This document shows, one piece after another, positions 30,465 through 40,588 of a stretch of 64,000 nucleotides of DNA (the stretch's first letter is position 1; the number at the start of each line of letters is the position of its first letter). Below the pieces are notes generated by a model that saw nothing but the letters and a program-made list of their open reading frames with translations, was not told the origin of the DNA and searched no databases. The DNA comes from an uncultured Campylobacter sp. (GTDB lineage: Bacteria > Campylobacterota > Campylobacteria > Campylobacterales > Campylobacteraceae): the NCBI RefSeq assembly GCF_905373215.1, contig NZ_CAJPRT010000007.1:30685-94684 (forward strand), read 5' to 3'. Position numbers and translations under genes: made by a program.

Positions 30465-31295
30465 CTATTCATCACCGCCGATTTTGAAAACGAACATCTT
30501 GCATGCGTTACAAAAGGCAGGGATCAGGCTAAATAGGCGCCCTTTGAGGCTCCAGTGGCTTTTATACATTTTCAGCATTGCAGCCTCTTTGGCGAAGCAG
30601 ATATGCGCACTATCCCAGCTCTGCACCTCTGCACCGCCGCCGATACCCATTTTAAAGGGTGCGTTTTGCATGTGTTTCATCGCGTCATGGCGCCTAGAGT
30701 CGAATTTCCTAACCGAAAACTCGCTCATAAAGTCGCTCAGCACGTAGCCGCGGAATTTTTGCGCAAGCGCGATAAAAAATTTTTTAAATTCCTCCTTTTC
30801 AAAATACATACTCACCCCCTCCAAGATGAAGATGTAGCTCGCGCTGCCGTGCTTTGCGACCAGCTCATCCATCCACGAGGGATCTAGCATCGAGTAGGGC
30901 AGACTGAAGTTATTCTTTGCTTTGGGCAGTAGTGCGTCGCGTGCGGCGATGACATCGTGTAGGTCGAGGTCGTAAAATAGGGCGCTCGGTAGGTCTTTTT
31001 GCAATCTAAGCGGGCGAGTGTCGAGCCCCGCGCCAAGTTGCACGATGATAGGGCGGTCGAACTCCGCCGCGAGCCGCAGCGTCTCGTCGTCAAAAAATTT
31101 CGCGCGGATAACGGTGCCCGTTTTGCTAAGGCGCGCGTCGTTAAATTTCGCAAAATCATAATCGATCTGCTCTACGACGGCGCTTGAAAACGGATCATTT
31201 AGAATCGGATCCTTGTCTTTGAAATCCAAGTGGCGCATATAGACATTGATTAGCAGCGTCTCGGAGACGTTATTTTTAAAATTTAACTTTTGCAT
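30465..31295 (-). CDS. Class I SAM methyltransferase (LCM/TcmP-like O-methyltransferase)
   Basis: VSETLLI, IDYDF, QLGAGLDTR, YDLDL.DVI and EGVSMYF motifs; start at ATG 31295. Confidence 0.88.
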   Translation of the reverse strand: MQKLNFKNNVSETLLINVYMRHLDFKDKDPILNDPFSSAVVEQIDYDFAKFNDARLSKTGTVIRAKFFDDETLRLAAEFDRPIIVQLGAGLDTRPLRLQKDLPSALFYDLDLHDVIAARDALLPKAKNNFSLPYSMLDPSWMDELVAKHGSASYIFILEGVSMYFEKEEFKKFFIALAQKFRGYVLSDFMSEFSVRKFDSRRHDAMKHMQNAPFKMGIGGGAEVQSWDSAHICFAKEAAMLKMYKSHWSLKGRLFSLIPAFCNACKMFVFKIGGDE

Positions 31296-31647
31296 AAAGT
31301 GCCTTTCTTGCGGTATCGTCGCGAGCAAATGCCGCTTATTTTTAATATGCATTATTATATCCTTGCTAAATAAAATTTCAATAAAATGATATGAATTTTT
31401 ATTTAGAGGTAGAATTTTAAATTCGCGCCGCGGGTTTTGGCTATAATTTCGCCGTATAAAGCTCAATTAATTTTTGAAATTTTACGCGATGCAAAGCGCG
31501 GGTAAAATTTAGAATTTTAATAGCTATAAAATTTATTAGCTCCGGCGACCTAGATGCGCAGCTATAGCGCGGATAGTAAATTTAGTCCGCACAGCTTTAT
31601 CTTTGTCTAAATATTTCATTGTATAATTCTTAGCTTTTGGAGGTTAT

Positions 31648-32286
31648 ATGGAAAAATCGCGGCTGGGACTACTGCAAACCGAGGCTATCGCCACGCTTAG
31701 CGACGAGGAGCTTGCAATGTTCGAGCACCAAGTCATCAAAAAAGGCTATGTTTTTTATAGCGAGGCGCCTAAAGTTTTTATTTTTAAAAGCGGGCAGGCG
31801 AAGCTTTCGTTTTTTGAAGACGGCGAGGAATTCATCATCAACTACCTAAACAAGGACAATATCACTATTCTTAATGAAATTTGCGCGCTTGAGTTTTTAG
31901 AGGACAGCGAAATTTACACGATCGATGCGAGCGGACTAGGGGAGATCTTGGCAAATCGCAGCTTTTGCGAGGCATATATAAAAATTTTAACAGAGATAAT
32001 TCTGCTGCAGCGCAAAATCACGCGTTCCATACTTTTTGAAAATGCAAAAGGGCGCATCGCGAGCTTTTTGATCGAGCTTGCAAACGAGCAGAATTTTCAT
32101 CAAAATGGCTACAAATACGTCTTTTTGCCCTTTTCGCTAAAGGTGCTTTCATCCTTCGTGGGGCTCAAGCGTCAAAGCGCGAGTACCGCGTTTAACGAGC
32201 TTGTAAAAGATAACGTAATTCAAAAAATCAGTCAGCACGAGTTTTTGATCCTGGACTACGACAGATTGCTTAGCTACTGTGTTTAG
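31648..32286 (+). CDS. Crp/Fnr family regulator, CooA-like
   Basis: cNMP-fold N-terminal domain; C-helix LFENAKGRIASFLIELAN; HTH VGLKRQSASTAFNELVK; TATAAT at 31622-31627. Confidence 0.88.
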   Translation: MEKSRLGLLQTEAIATLSDEELAMFEHQVIKKGYVFYSEAPKVFIFKSGQAKLSFFEDGEEFIINYLNKDNITILNEICALEFLEDSEIYTIDASGLGEILANRSFCEAYIKILTEIILLQRKITRSILFENAKGRIASFLIELANEQNFHQNGYKYVFLPFSLKVLSSFVGLKRQSASTAFNELVKDNVIQKISQHEFLILDYDRLLSYCV

Positions 32287-32707
32287 GCGCGGGCTAGAGT
32301 TTTTAAAGCATTTATGCAGCTTACGGCTTAAGCGCGAAATTTTGTCTAAAGTTACGGTGTAGAATTTTGTCTAGATTTACAGCGTAAAATTTTTATCAAG
32401 AGCTTGGTTTTGGAATTTCATCCCAAATTTCGCTTAGGATTTCGTCTAAAATTTTAACTTATATAAAATTTGGGTTTGTGGTCTCGTTTAAAATTCTGTT
32501 TTGAATTTGCTTAAAATTTTAACACGTAATTCACTTTTGAATTTTATCCGCTATCCTAAAACGCAAAGCTTTGGAATTTTAAATTTAGCGGCAGGCTATG
32601 GAATTTAAAATTTTAAATCAAGCTGGAATTTTATGGGTTGCAATGGAATTTAAAATTTTGGATCGAGCGAAATTTTATGTATGAGAATTTTTAAAATTTA
32701 AGAAACT

Positions 32708-32732
32708 AAAAATGCGCGGCAAAGTGCCGCGC
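32708..32732 (-). terminator. Intrinsic terminator of the hyf-hycI-focA operon
   Basis: GCGCGGCA-3nt-TGCCGCGC hairpin followed on the minus strand by ATTTTT, about 35 nt after the stop. Confidence 0.7.
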
Positions 32733-32765
32733 CGTGTTGATTATATCGTGCTGAAGCGCGATAGA

Positions 32766-33629
32766 TTAGTCTTTCTTTTTCATATCGTATTTATTGACCA
32801 TAAATCCGACCAAGCCTACGAAAAATAGACCGCCGCAGATGTTGCCTAGCGTAACTGGGATCATATTTTTAACGATGAAATTTCCCCAGTTTATTGAATC
32901 TATTTGAGCTGCCGTTACGCCGTGAAGCGAGCTTGCAAGAGCATTTACATCGCCACCTGCAGCCGCAAGGTAGTGGCCTTTAGCGATGATGCCTTCAGTT
33001 AGGATAAACATATTTGCCACGCAGTGTTCCATCGAGCAAGCTACGAATGCGCCGATCATCCACATAATTGCAAAGAATTTGCCTGATAGATTGCTCTCGC
33101 TGGTCGCAGTCCAGATAGACATACATACAAACACGTTACAAAAAATTCCGCGGATGAATAGCTCATGAAAAGGCGCGTTTATTTTGCCTGCTGCCGCAGG
33201 AATGAAGTGCTGCAAGATGTAGCCGTCATATTTAAGCGGAAGTCCTGAGTAATAATACATATACGCGATTAACGCGCCGCCTACGAAGTTAAAGCACCAA
33301 ACGATAGCCCAATAGCCGATAGTTTTACCTAGCGGTAATTTGCCGTCGGCGGCAGGTACGCCCGTTAAAACCGAGCTGGTAAATAGATGCCCACCGTAAA
33401 AAACCACCATCATCAGACCGCAGCTAAAGGTGATACCACCGATGAAATTCGATAAGCCAATAGATTGCTTTTCAGCCATTCCGACGGTCGAGTGAGCCCA
33501 GAAAATATCGCCCATAGCGATTGCAGCGCCCGCCATTATAGCTAGAAAAATTATGCTAATTAGCGGGGTATGCGCCTTGTGTTGCATCGAACTAGATACC
33601 GCTTGCGCGGTTTCTGCAGGATTTAACAT
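32766..33629 (-). CDS. focA: Formate/nitrite transporter (FocA-like)
   Basis: LAIMAG, HLFTS, RGIFCN, EHCVANMF and PVTLGNICGG motifs; last gene of the FHL operon. Confidence 0.9.
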   Translation of the reverse strand: MLNPAETAQAVSSSMQHKAHTPLISIIFLAIMAGAAIAMGDIFWAHSTVGMAEKQSIGLSNFIGGITFSCGLMMVVFYGGHLFTSSVLTGVPAADGKLPLGKTIGYWAIVWCFNFVGGALIAYMYYYSGLPLKYDGYILQHFIPAAAGKINAPFHELFIRGIFCNVFVCMSIWTATSESNLSGKFFAIMWMIGAFVACSMEHCVANMFILTEGIIAKGHYLAAAGGDVNALASSLHGVTAAQIDSINWGNFIVKNMIPVTLGNICGGLFFVGLVGFMVNKYDMKKKD

Positions 33630-34082
33630 TTACTCCTCCTCATTTAAATTTGAATCAATTTCTAAGATACGCTCATAAGCTTTTTGCGCGCTTTTTTTTG
33701 CGCTCTCGCTTAGCCCTTCTTTAAAATCAAGGACGTTATCGAGCAGCACGCTTATGCCCAAAAACAGCGTCTTTGGGCAAATTTTGCGCAGATAGCTTAG
33801 AAGCACCGGCGTAGGTAGGTTATGCGTCGAGTAGATATAGTCGCGATCATTGCTGAGGTCGAAAAATTCTATCTTATCCTCATCAAAGCCGCTCATCGCA
33901 TCTACTACGATTAGAATTTCAGGGGCGAATTCCCTAAGTGCTGCAAATTCGTTTTCGGGCACATCCTGCCCATAAAAAACGCGCCAGTCTTTTAAGTTCG
34001 CCTCGACTATTCGCCCTGTTTCATTGCCCACGTCGTCGTCGCCGCGAAGGGGATTGCCGATACAAAGCAACGCCTTTCGCAT
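33630..34082 (-). CDS. hycI: Hydrogenase 3/4 maturation endopeptidase
   Basis: CIGNPLRGDD.G, PEN, VVDA and STHNLP motifs. Confidence 0.9.
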   Translation of the reverse strand: MRKALLCIGNPLRGDDDVGNETGRIVEANLKDWRVFYGQDVPENEFAALREFAPEILIVVDAMSGFDEDKIEFFDLSNDRDYIYSTHNLPTPVLLSYLRKICPKTLFLGISVLLDNVLDFKEGLSESAKKSAQKAYERILEIDSNLNEEE

Positions 34083-34426
34083 CAAAAATCCTTCCTTAGC
34101 ACGAAATATCCTTCGCGCATATTTTTTAGCAGATCTTTAAGCTCACATTCGCAAAGCTGAGGGATTAGCTTGGCTGCGTGCTCGGCAAAAATTTCAATCT
34201 CGAAATACTTGCTTAGGTTACCGATCTTAAATTTAACATAGTCGCCCGAGTTCTCGATGATGCGTTTAAATTCTTCATCGTCTATCTCAAGCACCTTTTC
34301 GCTAAAATCTATCGTACCTACGCCATGACCGACGCAGGTGGAAAAAACCTTGATATCCTTTAGCTCTTTAGGTAAATTTTCGTTTTCGTCCATATGCCGC
34401 TTTGTAAGCTTAAAAACCTCAATCAT
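34082..34426 (-). CDS. hyfJ: Formate hydrogenlyase maturation protein, HycH/HyfJ family
   Basis: GHGVGTIDF motif; position after the small subunit. Confidence 0.8.
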   Translation of the reverse strand: MIEVFKLTKRHMDENENLPKELKDIKVFSTCVGHGVGTIDFSEKVLEIDDEEFKRIIENSGDYVKFKIGNLSKYFEIEIFAEHAAKLIPQLCECELKDLLKNMREGYFVLRKDF

Positions 34427-35247
34427 CGTTTGCTCCAGACCTCTTTTTGTGGATCGATCTTAAATTCCTCCGTAGCGCGGGCGTATTTTAGATACACGTC
34501 ATTGTGTAATAGCGCCATGCACTCCGCGTATCTAGGATCCTCTTCGGTATGGATAGCGTTAAGTAGAGCCTCGCGAGAAGCTTTTGGATCGTGAACGTCA
34601 GATGAGGTTTTGATCGCATCCATATATTTTGCGAATAAAACTCTTCCGAAAATATAGCTCATCAGCCTCTTAGCTTCAGCTTGCAGATCGCGCTCGAATA
34701 AAATATCGCCTATAACTGAATTCTTGACCGGTGGCGGAAGAGTACTATCTTGCTCGTAGCTCTTCTTTTGAAGCTTTTGATCAATAATGCCAAGCGCCAT
34801 GCCAAGACCATAGATGATGCTAGCAGGATGCGGAGGGCAGCCTGGGATATAAACATCTACCGGTACAATCTTATCGATACCACTCCATACGCTATATGCG
34901 TCATGAAAAATTCCACCAGTGCTTCCGCAGGCTCCCAGAGCCACTACGATCTTTGGATCAGGCGTAGCCTCATAAGCGCGGAGCAGCGGATAATACATCT
35001 GGCGAGTAACCGGGCCGGTGCAGACTAAGATATCTGCGTGGCGAGGGTTGGCTACGAGTTTAAATCCGAAGCGCTCCGGATCCCACATCGGCGTGATAGA
35101 AGCAAAAATTTCGATTTCACAGCCGTTGCAACTTCCGCAGTCGATACGATAAACGCTGAAGCTTCGTTTGATATTTTTCAAAAGCTCCAATTTTGCGGTT
35201 AGATCGTTTGCGTTTTTAATATTTTCGGGGACTTGATACAAACTCAT
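34423..35247 (-). CDS. hyfI: Group 4 NiFe-hydrogenase small subunit (HyfI/HycG)
   Basis: DCGSCNGCEIE, PRHADIL, GAC...GG and YIPGCPP motifs. Confidence 0.93.
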   Translation of the reverse strand: MSLYQVPENIKNANDLTAKLELLKNIKRSFSVYRIDCGSCNGCEIEIFASITPMWDPERFGFKLVANPRHADILVCTGPVTRQMYYPLLRAYEATPDPKIVVALGACGSTGGIFHDAYSVWSGIDKIVPVDVYIPGCPPHPASIIYGLGMALGIIDQKLQKKSYEQDSTLPPPVKNSVIGDILFERDLQAEAKRLMSYIFGRVLFAKYMDAIKTSSDVHDPKASREALLNAIHTEEDPRYAECMALLHNDVYLKYARATEEFKIDPQKEVWSKR

Positions 35248-35783
35248 TTTATTGCCTCCTCTATACCTTTAGTCATTCTCTCGACCGCTTGAGCTTTTTT
35301 GCATTCAGGACAGATATAGAGATATTTTTTAGCTTCTTCTAATCTGCCTGGAAGCAAATTTGCAGTACTTAGCTTTTCTAGCGTGTAATTGATGAGCCTT
35401 TTTGGGGTCATCGGCTTGCCGCAGCAGCTGCATTTTTCCATCTCAAGCTCGCCGTGTTGGATAAGCGCGCTTTTATCAAATTTTACCGCTAGCTCAAAGC
35501 TATTGCCTAGCCTTACCGCTCCCGTAGGGCATACCTCGTCGCAGCGACCACAAAATATGCAGCGTCCGCAATCAAATTCCCAAATTAGTTTAGTTTGGGC
35601 TTCGTTCATCTTAAGCTCGATCGCATTGGATGGGCAGGCGATACCGCATGCAGCACAGCCTATGCAAAGCTCATAGGTGTATTCAGGCTGCCCGCGAAAA
35701 TTCTCGGGCACGATGTATGGCTCAAACGGATAAGCATAGGTCGCCTTACCATATTTTTCGGTAATGTCGAATAATTTCATCAT
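35244..35783 (-). CDS. hyfH: FHL iron-sulfur subunit (HyfH/HycF)
   Basis: CIGCAACGIACP and CIFCGRCDEVCP motifs. Confidence 0.92.
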   Translation of the reverse strand: MMKLFDITEKYGKATYAYPFEPYIVPENFRGQPEYTYELCIGCAACGIACPSNAIELKMNEAQTKLIWEFDCGRCIFCGRCDEVCPTGAVRLGNSFELAVKFDKSALIQHGELEMEKCSCCGKPMTPKRLINYTLEKLSTANLLPGRLEEAKKYLYICPECKKAQAVERMTKGIEEAIK

Positions 35784-37516
35784 CTTAAATCCTTTTTGCT
35801 AACCTTGCCGTCTTGGCAAAATTTCTTAAGGTCTTTTTCGGTTAGAATTTTACTCTTTCCGCTATTAATATCGACTAAAGTTACGCGCTCGGTGCATGAG
35901 TAGCACGGATCCATCGAGCATACGATTAGCGCCGCATCGGAGATGTTATTTCCGCGGAATTGAAATCGTAAGCTCGGCCAGTTGTTATACGTAGCGGCGC
36001 GACATCTCCAGCGGTAAACCTTCTGTGCGTTTCCTTGCATGATCCAGTGGACGTTTTCGCCGCGCGGTGCTTCGTCGTGACCTAAAGCGTAGTTTTCCGG
36101 TCTGATCATAGTCTGTGGATCGATCATTATCGGAGTTTGCGGCATTTGATGCAAGCACTGCCTGATGATGTGGATCGATTGTTTAAGCTCTTTATATCTT
36201 ACGACTTCGCGACTGAATACATCGCCACCGTGCTCTACGGCTACTTCGAATTCTATCTTGTTGAAGAAATCATAAGGGTGATCGTAGCGGTTGTCGCGTT
36301 TAAAACCGGAAGCTCTCATATTTGGACCTACCGGGCTAAAATCACGCGCCACTTTGCGATCTAATACGCCCACACCCTTCCAGCGACCGATTTGGCGTTT
36401 ATCCTCCATAACGGCGTCCCAAATTTCTGAAATTTGAACGTCGAGCTTGTTGATGATCTCGATGCTCTTGCGAATTTCATTATCGGTCATATCACGGCGA
36501 AGTCCGCCCATAATTACATTGCCGTAAGTCTTGCGGCCGCCGGTTACTAGCTGAGCTAGCTCCATGGAGTATTCGCGCACCCTAAAGATATGCATAAAGG
36601 CGTTGTAGTTACCTGTTACCTCGCAGGCTAGACCGATATTTAAAAGATGGCTGTGAAGGCGCTCGATCTCAAGGCAGATGACGCGGATGGCTTGCGCACG
36701 AAGCGGAATTTCAAGCTTGATGGCTTTCTCTGCTGCTTCAATACACGCAATCGCGTGAGCGTAGCCGCAAATTCCGCAGACGCGCTCTGCTAAATAGCCC
36801 ATCTGATCGTAATTCATGCGATTTTCAGCTAGCTTCTCCATACCGCGGTGTTGATAAAACAAGCGGTAGTCCGCGTCTATAATCTCATCGCCGTCGCAAA
36901 ATAGTCTAAAGTGTCCCGGCTCATCGCTCGTTACGTGAAGAGGTCCAAGCGGAACATCCACTACGCCGTCGCCGCTAGGAAATAAAAACTCTGCATTAGG
37001 CTCGTCTTTATGATCTACAGGATCGGGCCTATAGCGGTAGTCCATTGCGTCTTTGCGAAGCGGATGAAGTCCATCCGGCCAATCGTCGCTTAACACCAAA
37101 CGACGTTTATCAGGCAAGCCTTCGGCGATTAAGCCGAACATGTCGAAGGCTTCTCTTTCGTACCATACGCAAGCAGGCACTAAAGGAGTAACCGACGGGA
37201 ATGTAGGATCCGATCCGGGAATTAGCGTCCTAACGGTGATGAAGCATTTATCCTCTGCGGCAAAATCCTCCGCTTCGGTCATTTTGCCACCTTCCATAGA
37301 TATCGCATAGTAAAGCGCGAAATTTCCGTTTAGCTCGCGCTCATCGTTAGGGATCATCGTGCTGATAAAACCACCGATGTCATAATATAGCGTCTTAACC
37401 GCAAGCGGCAGATCATTTCTATCCACTAAAACGGTGATTTGATCCTCGGCTTGGCGGGTAACTTCTAAGACCTTGACTTTGGTCTTTAAAATTTCTATAA
37501 ATTTATCGCCTCTCAT
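35780..37516 (-). CDS. hyfG: Group 4 NiFe-hydrogenase large subunit (HyfG/HycE)
   Basis: RVCGICGYAH and DPCYSCTER Ni-binding motifs; cleavable C-terminal extension. Confidence 0.95.
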   Translation of the reverse strand: MRGDKFIEILKTKVKVLEVTRQAEDQITVLVDRNDLPLAVKTLYYDIGGFISTMIPNDERELNGNFALYYAISMEGGKMTEAEDFAAEDKCFITVRTLIPGSDPTFPSVTPLVPACVWYEREAFDMFGLIAEGLPDKRRLVLSDDWPDGLHPLRKDAMDYRYRPDPVDHKDEPNAEFLFPSGDGVVDVPLGPLHVTSDEPGHFRLFCDGDEIIDADYRLFYQHRGMEKLAENRMNYDQMGYLAERVCGICGYAHAIACIEAAEKAIKLEIPLRAQAIRVICLEIERLHSHLLNIGLACEVTGNYNAFMHIFRVREYSMELAQLVTGGRKTYGNVIMGGLRRDMTDNEIRKSIEIINKLDVQISEIWDAVMEDKRQIGRWKGVGVLDRKVARDFSPVGPNMRASGFKRDNRYDHPYDFFNKIEFEVAVEHGGDVFSREVVRYKELKQSIHIIRQCLHQMPQTPIMIDPQTMIRPENYALGHDEAPRGENVHWIMQGNAQKVYRWRCRAATYNNWPSLRFQFRGNNISDAALIVCSMDPCYSCTERVTLVDINSGKSKILTEKDLKKFCQDGKVSKKDLR

Positions 37517-37518
37517 TT

Positions 37519-39003
37519 TTAACCTCTCATCATTATTCTAACGCCGTTTTCGACGAGCATCCAAAAATCGCCTACGTGCCATACGCCGAAAATTATCACT
37601 AAAGCGCAAAGCAAGATTAGCGGTAAATTTTCAAACAAGCTCATCTCTTTAGCATAAACCACTTCACCTTTAGGCGTACCGAAGCTCGCTAGATTAAAGT
37701 GCGCGAAGTCCGCGATGAAAATAATTACGAGCGCGATCGCAAATAATGCTACAGCTATGTATTGACCGCTGGCTATCGCGCCTTTGAAAACGTTAAATTC
37801 GCTTACGAATATCGCAAATGCAGGAACACCTACGAGCGAGCAAACCGCAGCACCAAACATTATCGTAGTAAGCGGAGCGATTTTTACCATACCGCCCATT
37901 CTAGTCATATCTTTGTGACCATAAATTCTAGCGATATTACCGGTAGAGCAGAATGCAAGAGCCTTGGTAAAGCTGTGAGCTAAGCAGTGAAAGATCGCGG
38001 CAAGCAAGCCAAAATATCCGCCGATGCCTAGCGCAAATGCAATAACACCCATATGAACGACTGAGTGGTAAGCAAACATCCTTTTTACGTCGTGTTGGCG
38101 AACAAGGAAAATTCCTGCTATAAATAGCGTGATCGTGCCCGAAATCAGCATAACCGATTGAACGAAGCTGAAATTCACGGCTTGGGCTGTGACGGCATAG
38201 TATCTAAATATCGCTAGCATCGCACATTTTAAAAGCACACCCGAAAGTAGTGCCGAAATCGGAGCCGGACCTTCTGCGTGAACGTCAGGAAGCCAAGTGT
38301 GAGTAGGAGCAAGTCCTGCTTTGGTTCCAAAGCCGATTAGAGCGAATATAAAGATAAGCTTAGCGGCATCTTTGTTTAAGCCTTTGGCGTGATCCATAAT
38401 GCTCGTCCAAAGCATCGAAGCCTCGCCGTCGCCTGTGATTTTGAATGTAGCCGCATATAGTAAAACGGTCGCATAAAGCGCAAACGCTAAGCCGATCGAG
38501 CAGATGACGATATATTTGTAACCGCTCTCGGTAGATTTTTTATCTTTATGAATAGCGACCAAAAATACCGATGCTAACGTAGTGGCCTCTACTGCAGCCC
38601 ACATAAACGCGACGTTGTTGCAGATAACGCTAAGCGTCATCGTAAAAACGAAAACGTGGCAGAGCGCATAGTATTTTCTAAGATCGCTAAGATCTAGATG
38701 ACCGCCCTGTATCTCCCACTTCATATAGGTGGTGGAGTATAAATTTACCAAAAAGCCCGTTACGGCGATTAGCACTAAAAATACGCAGCCTAGGCTATCT
38801 AGGAATAGAAATTTATCGTATGCGTAAAAAGCCTCAAAGTTGCCGCTGATAAGCTTGCCTACGTTACAGAGGAGCCCTGCGGATGTAAACCCAGAAATCA
38901 AAACGTGTAGCGTGCTTAGGAGCTTGAAATTCTTAGGGCATAAGAATAATATCAGCGCTCCGAGCAACGGAAAAATTAATATAAAAGCTAAACTATTCAT
39001 CAT
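37519..39003 (-). CDS. hyfF: Hydrogenase-4 membrane subunit F
   Basis: Antiporter-like; GFGTKAGLAP.HTWLPDVHAEGP and KRMFAYHS motifs. Confidence 0.9.
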   Translation of the reverse strand: MMNSLAFILIFPLLGALILFLCPKNFKLLSTLHVLISGFTSAGLLCNVGKLISGNFEAFYAYDKFLFLDSLGCVFLVLIAVTGFLVNLYSTTYMKWEIQGGHLDLSDLRKYYALCHVFVFTMTLSVICNNVAFMWAAVEATTLASVFLVAIHKDKKSTESGYKYIVICSIGLAFALYATVLLYAATFKITGDGEASMLWTSIMDHAKGLNKDAAKLIFIFALIGFGTKAGLAPTHTWLPDVHAEGPAPISALLSGVLLKCAMLAIFRYYAVTAQAVNFSFVQSVMLISGTITLFIAGIFLVRQHDVKRMFAYHSVVHMGVIAFALGIGGYFGLLAAIFHCLAHSFTKALAFCSTGNIARIYGHKDMTRMGGMVKIAPLTTIMFGAAVCSLVGVPAFAIFVSEFNVFKGAIASGQYIAVALFAIALVIIFIADFAHFNLASFGTPKGEVVYAKEMSLFENLPLILLCALVIIFGVWHVGDFWMLVENGVRIMMRG

Positions 39004-39647
39004 TAACCCCTTAAATTCGAAGCTTTAGACGTATCAAGTCCGTCATAAGCTTTGTAAAATCTAACCGCCAAAACGCTCATAATGATAACCGCAAAGATCG
39101 CGTCGGTTAAAATTCCAAGCTCGACTAGCTCGTGAGAGTTGTAAGCCATAAGTGCAAGGCTTAGGTGGATGCCGTTTTCAAATAGGCAGTAGGCTAGAAT
39201 TTGCTTGATGAAAGAATTTCTTAGCATGAAGCCAAAAATTCCCATCATAAATACGGTTACTGCCGCTATTAGAACGATTCTTTCTTGAATAAGAGAGAAT
39301 TGAAGCAAGATCGGATTGATTGTCATCGCAATCGCTAGCGAAAATCCCATCGCAATAACGGGGCTTACGAAAAAGCCGCCTACCGGCTCATCCTCGCTGA
39401 TCACATCCAGCTTTTTAACTAGCCAAAATAAAATTCCTGGCACGAAAATAACCTTCGTAAAAAACGCCACTATCGCCCAAATTCTAAGCTGCGGCGCATT
39501 GAAGTTAGAATACAGCATAAAAAATATGCTTACCAAAAGTAGCGTCTGAATCGCGTAAATTCCGATCGAAAGCTTTAAATTTCTAAGTCCGAATACCGCG
39601 AGTGACGTTACGATCATACAAATTGCTAAAATATCGATACTATTCAT
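39003..39647 (-). CDS. hyfE: Hydrogenase-4 membrane subunit E
   Basis: KQILAYCLFENGIHL and ELVELGILTDA motifs. Confidence 0.9.
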   Translation of the reverse strand: MNSIDILAICMIVTSLAVFGLRNLKLSIGIYAIQTLLLVSIFFMLYSNFNAPQLRIWAIVAFFTKVIFVPGILFWLVKKLDVISEDEPVGGFFVSPVIAMGFSLAIAMTINPILLQFSLIQERIVLIAAVTVFMMGIFGFMLRNSFIKQILAYCLFENGIHLSLALMAYNSHELVELGILTDAIFAVIIMSVLAVRFYKAYDGLDTSKASNLRG

Positions 39648-39648
39648 C

Positions 39649-40578
39649 TTAAAATCCTACTACGTAAAGCGTTAATGCCGCAAAAGCGATGGCAAGAGCA
39701 CCGCATGAAATTTTGCGCATGCTCGAAGTCATTCTAAAGCGTGGTCCAAAGTTGTCGATGAAAACGGCTGCTACGTAAAATACGCCGGTTTTTAGCACGA
39801 AGATTATGATCGCTAAAAGCGGATTGCTAAAATTCCACGGCTCAAATATCGTTAGGAATAATCCGATCATCGCAAATTGCTTCAAAATAAGCGCCGCTTG
39901 CACTAAGCCTAGATCGCTGCCTGCATATTCGCCCAAAAGTCCTTCTTGAAGCTCTTGCTCGGCTTCGGCAAGATCAAATGGCTTTCTGCCGGTCTCGACA
40001 TACATACACCATAAAAACGCAATCGAAGCGACAGCAAAGCTTGGAATTTGATAGCCGATCTGACCGCTGCGTACCATCTGCTGGATCTCAACTAAATTTG
40101 AAGTTCCCGCAGCCATCATTACTACGATTAGGCACATCATCATCACAGGTTCGACAAAAACGGCAAGCATCTGCTCGCGTCCGCCGCCGGTTGCAGCAAA
40201 CGGGTTACCGCTATCTATCGAAGCCGCACCGAATACGAAGCGCAAAAGCGCGCCTAGATATAGGATAACGAAAATATCTGAATACGCTCCGAAAAGAGTA
40301 TCTTTGCTGTATGTAATAGGAATAGCCGCCAAAATCGCCGCCGAAGTAGCGAAAAGGAAAAACGGCGCCCATCTAAATACCCAGTGGCTGCACGCAGGAA
40401 CGGTCCTGCCGCGCTTAAAAAGCTTAATAATATCGCGGTAAGTCTGGAAAAAATCGCTTCCTTGTTTCGACTGAAGCTTGGCTCGAAGTTTTCTCGCCAT
40501 ACCGTCGAAGAGTGGAGCGACTAGGACGATAACCGCGACTTGAAATATCATTAAAAATATAGTTTGTATAGTCTGCAT
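39649..40578 (-). CDS. hyfC: Hydrogenase-4 subunit C (NuoH/HycD-like)
   Basis: RKLRAKLQSKQG and PFDLAEAEQELQEG...EY motifs. Confidence 0.92.
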   Translation of the reverse strand: MQTIQTIFLMIFQVAVIVLVAPLFDGMARKLRAKLQSKQGSDFFQTYRDIIKLFKRGRTVPACSHWVFRWAPFFLFATSAAILAAIPITYSKDTLFGAYSDIFVILYLGALLRFVFGAASIDSGNPFAATGGGREQMLAVFVEPVMMMCLIVVMMAAGTSNLVEIQQMVRSGQIGYQIPSFAVASIAFLWCMYVETGRKPFDLAEAEQELQEGLLGEYAGSDLGLVQAALILKQFAMIGLFLTIFEPWNFSNPLLAIIIFVLKTGVFYVAAVFIDNFGPRFRMTSSMRKISCGALAIAFAALTLYVVGF

Positions 40579-40588
40579 CTTAAACCTC

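Noticed and set aside
33692..33699. T8 homopolymer in hycI as a phase-variation tract
   Set aside because: Short A/T run and the gene is intact; Campylobacter contingency loci are typically poly-G/C of 8 or more, and none was seen
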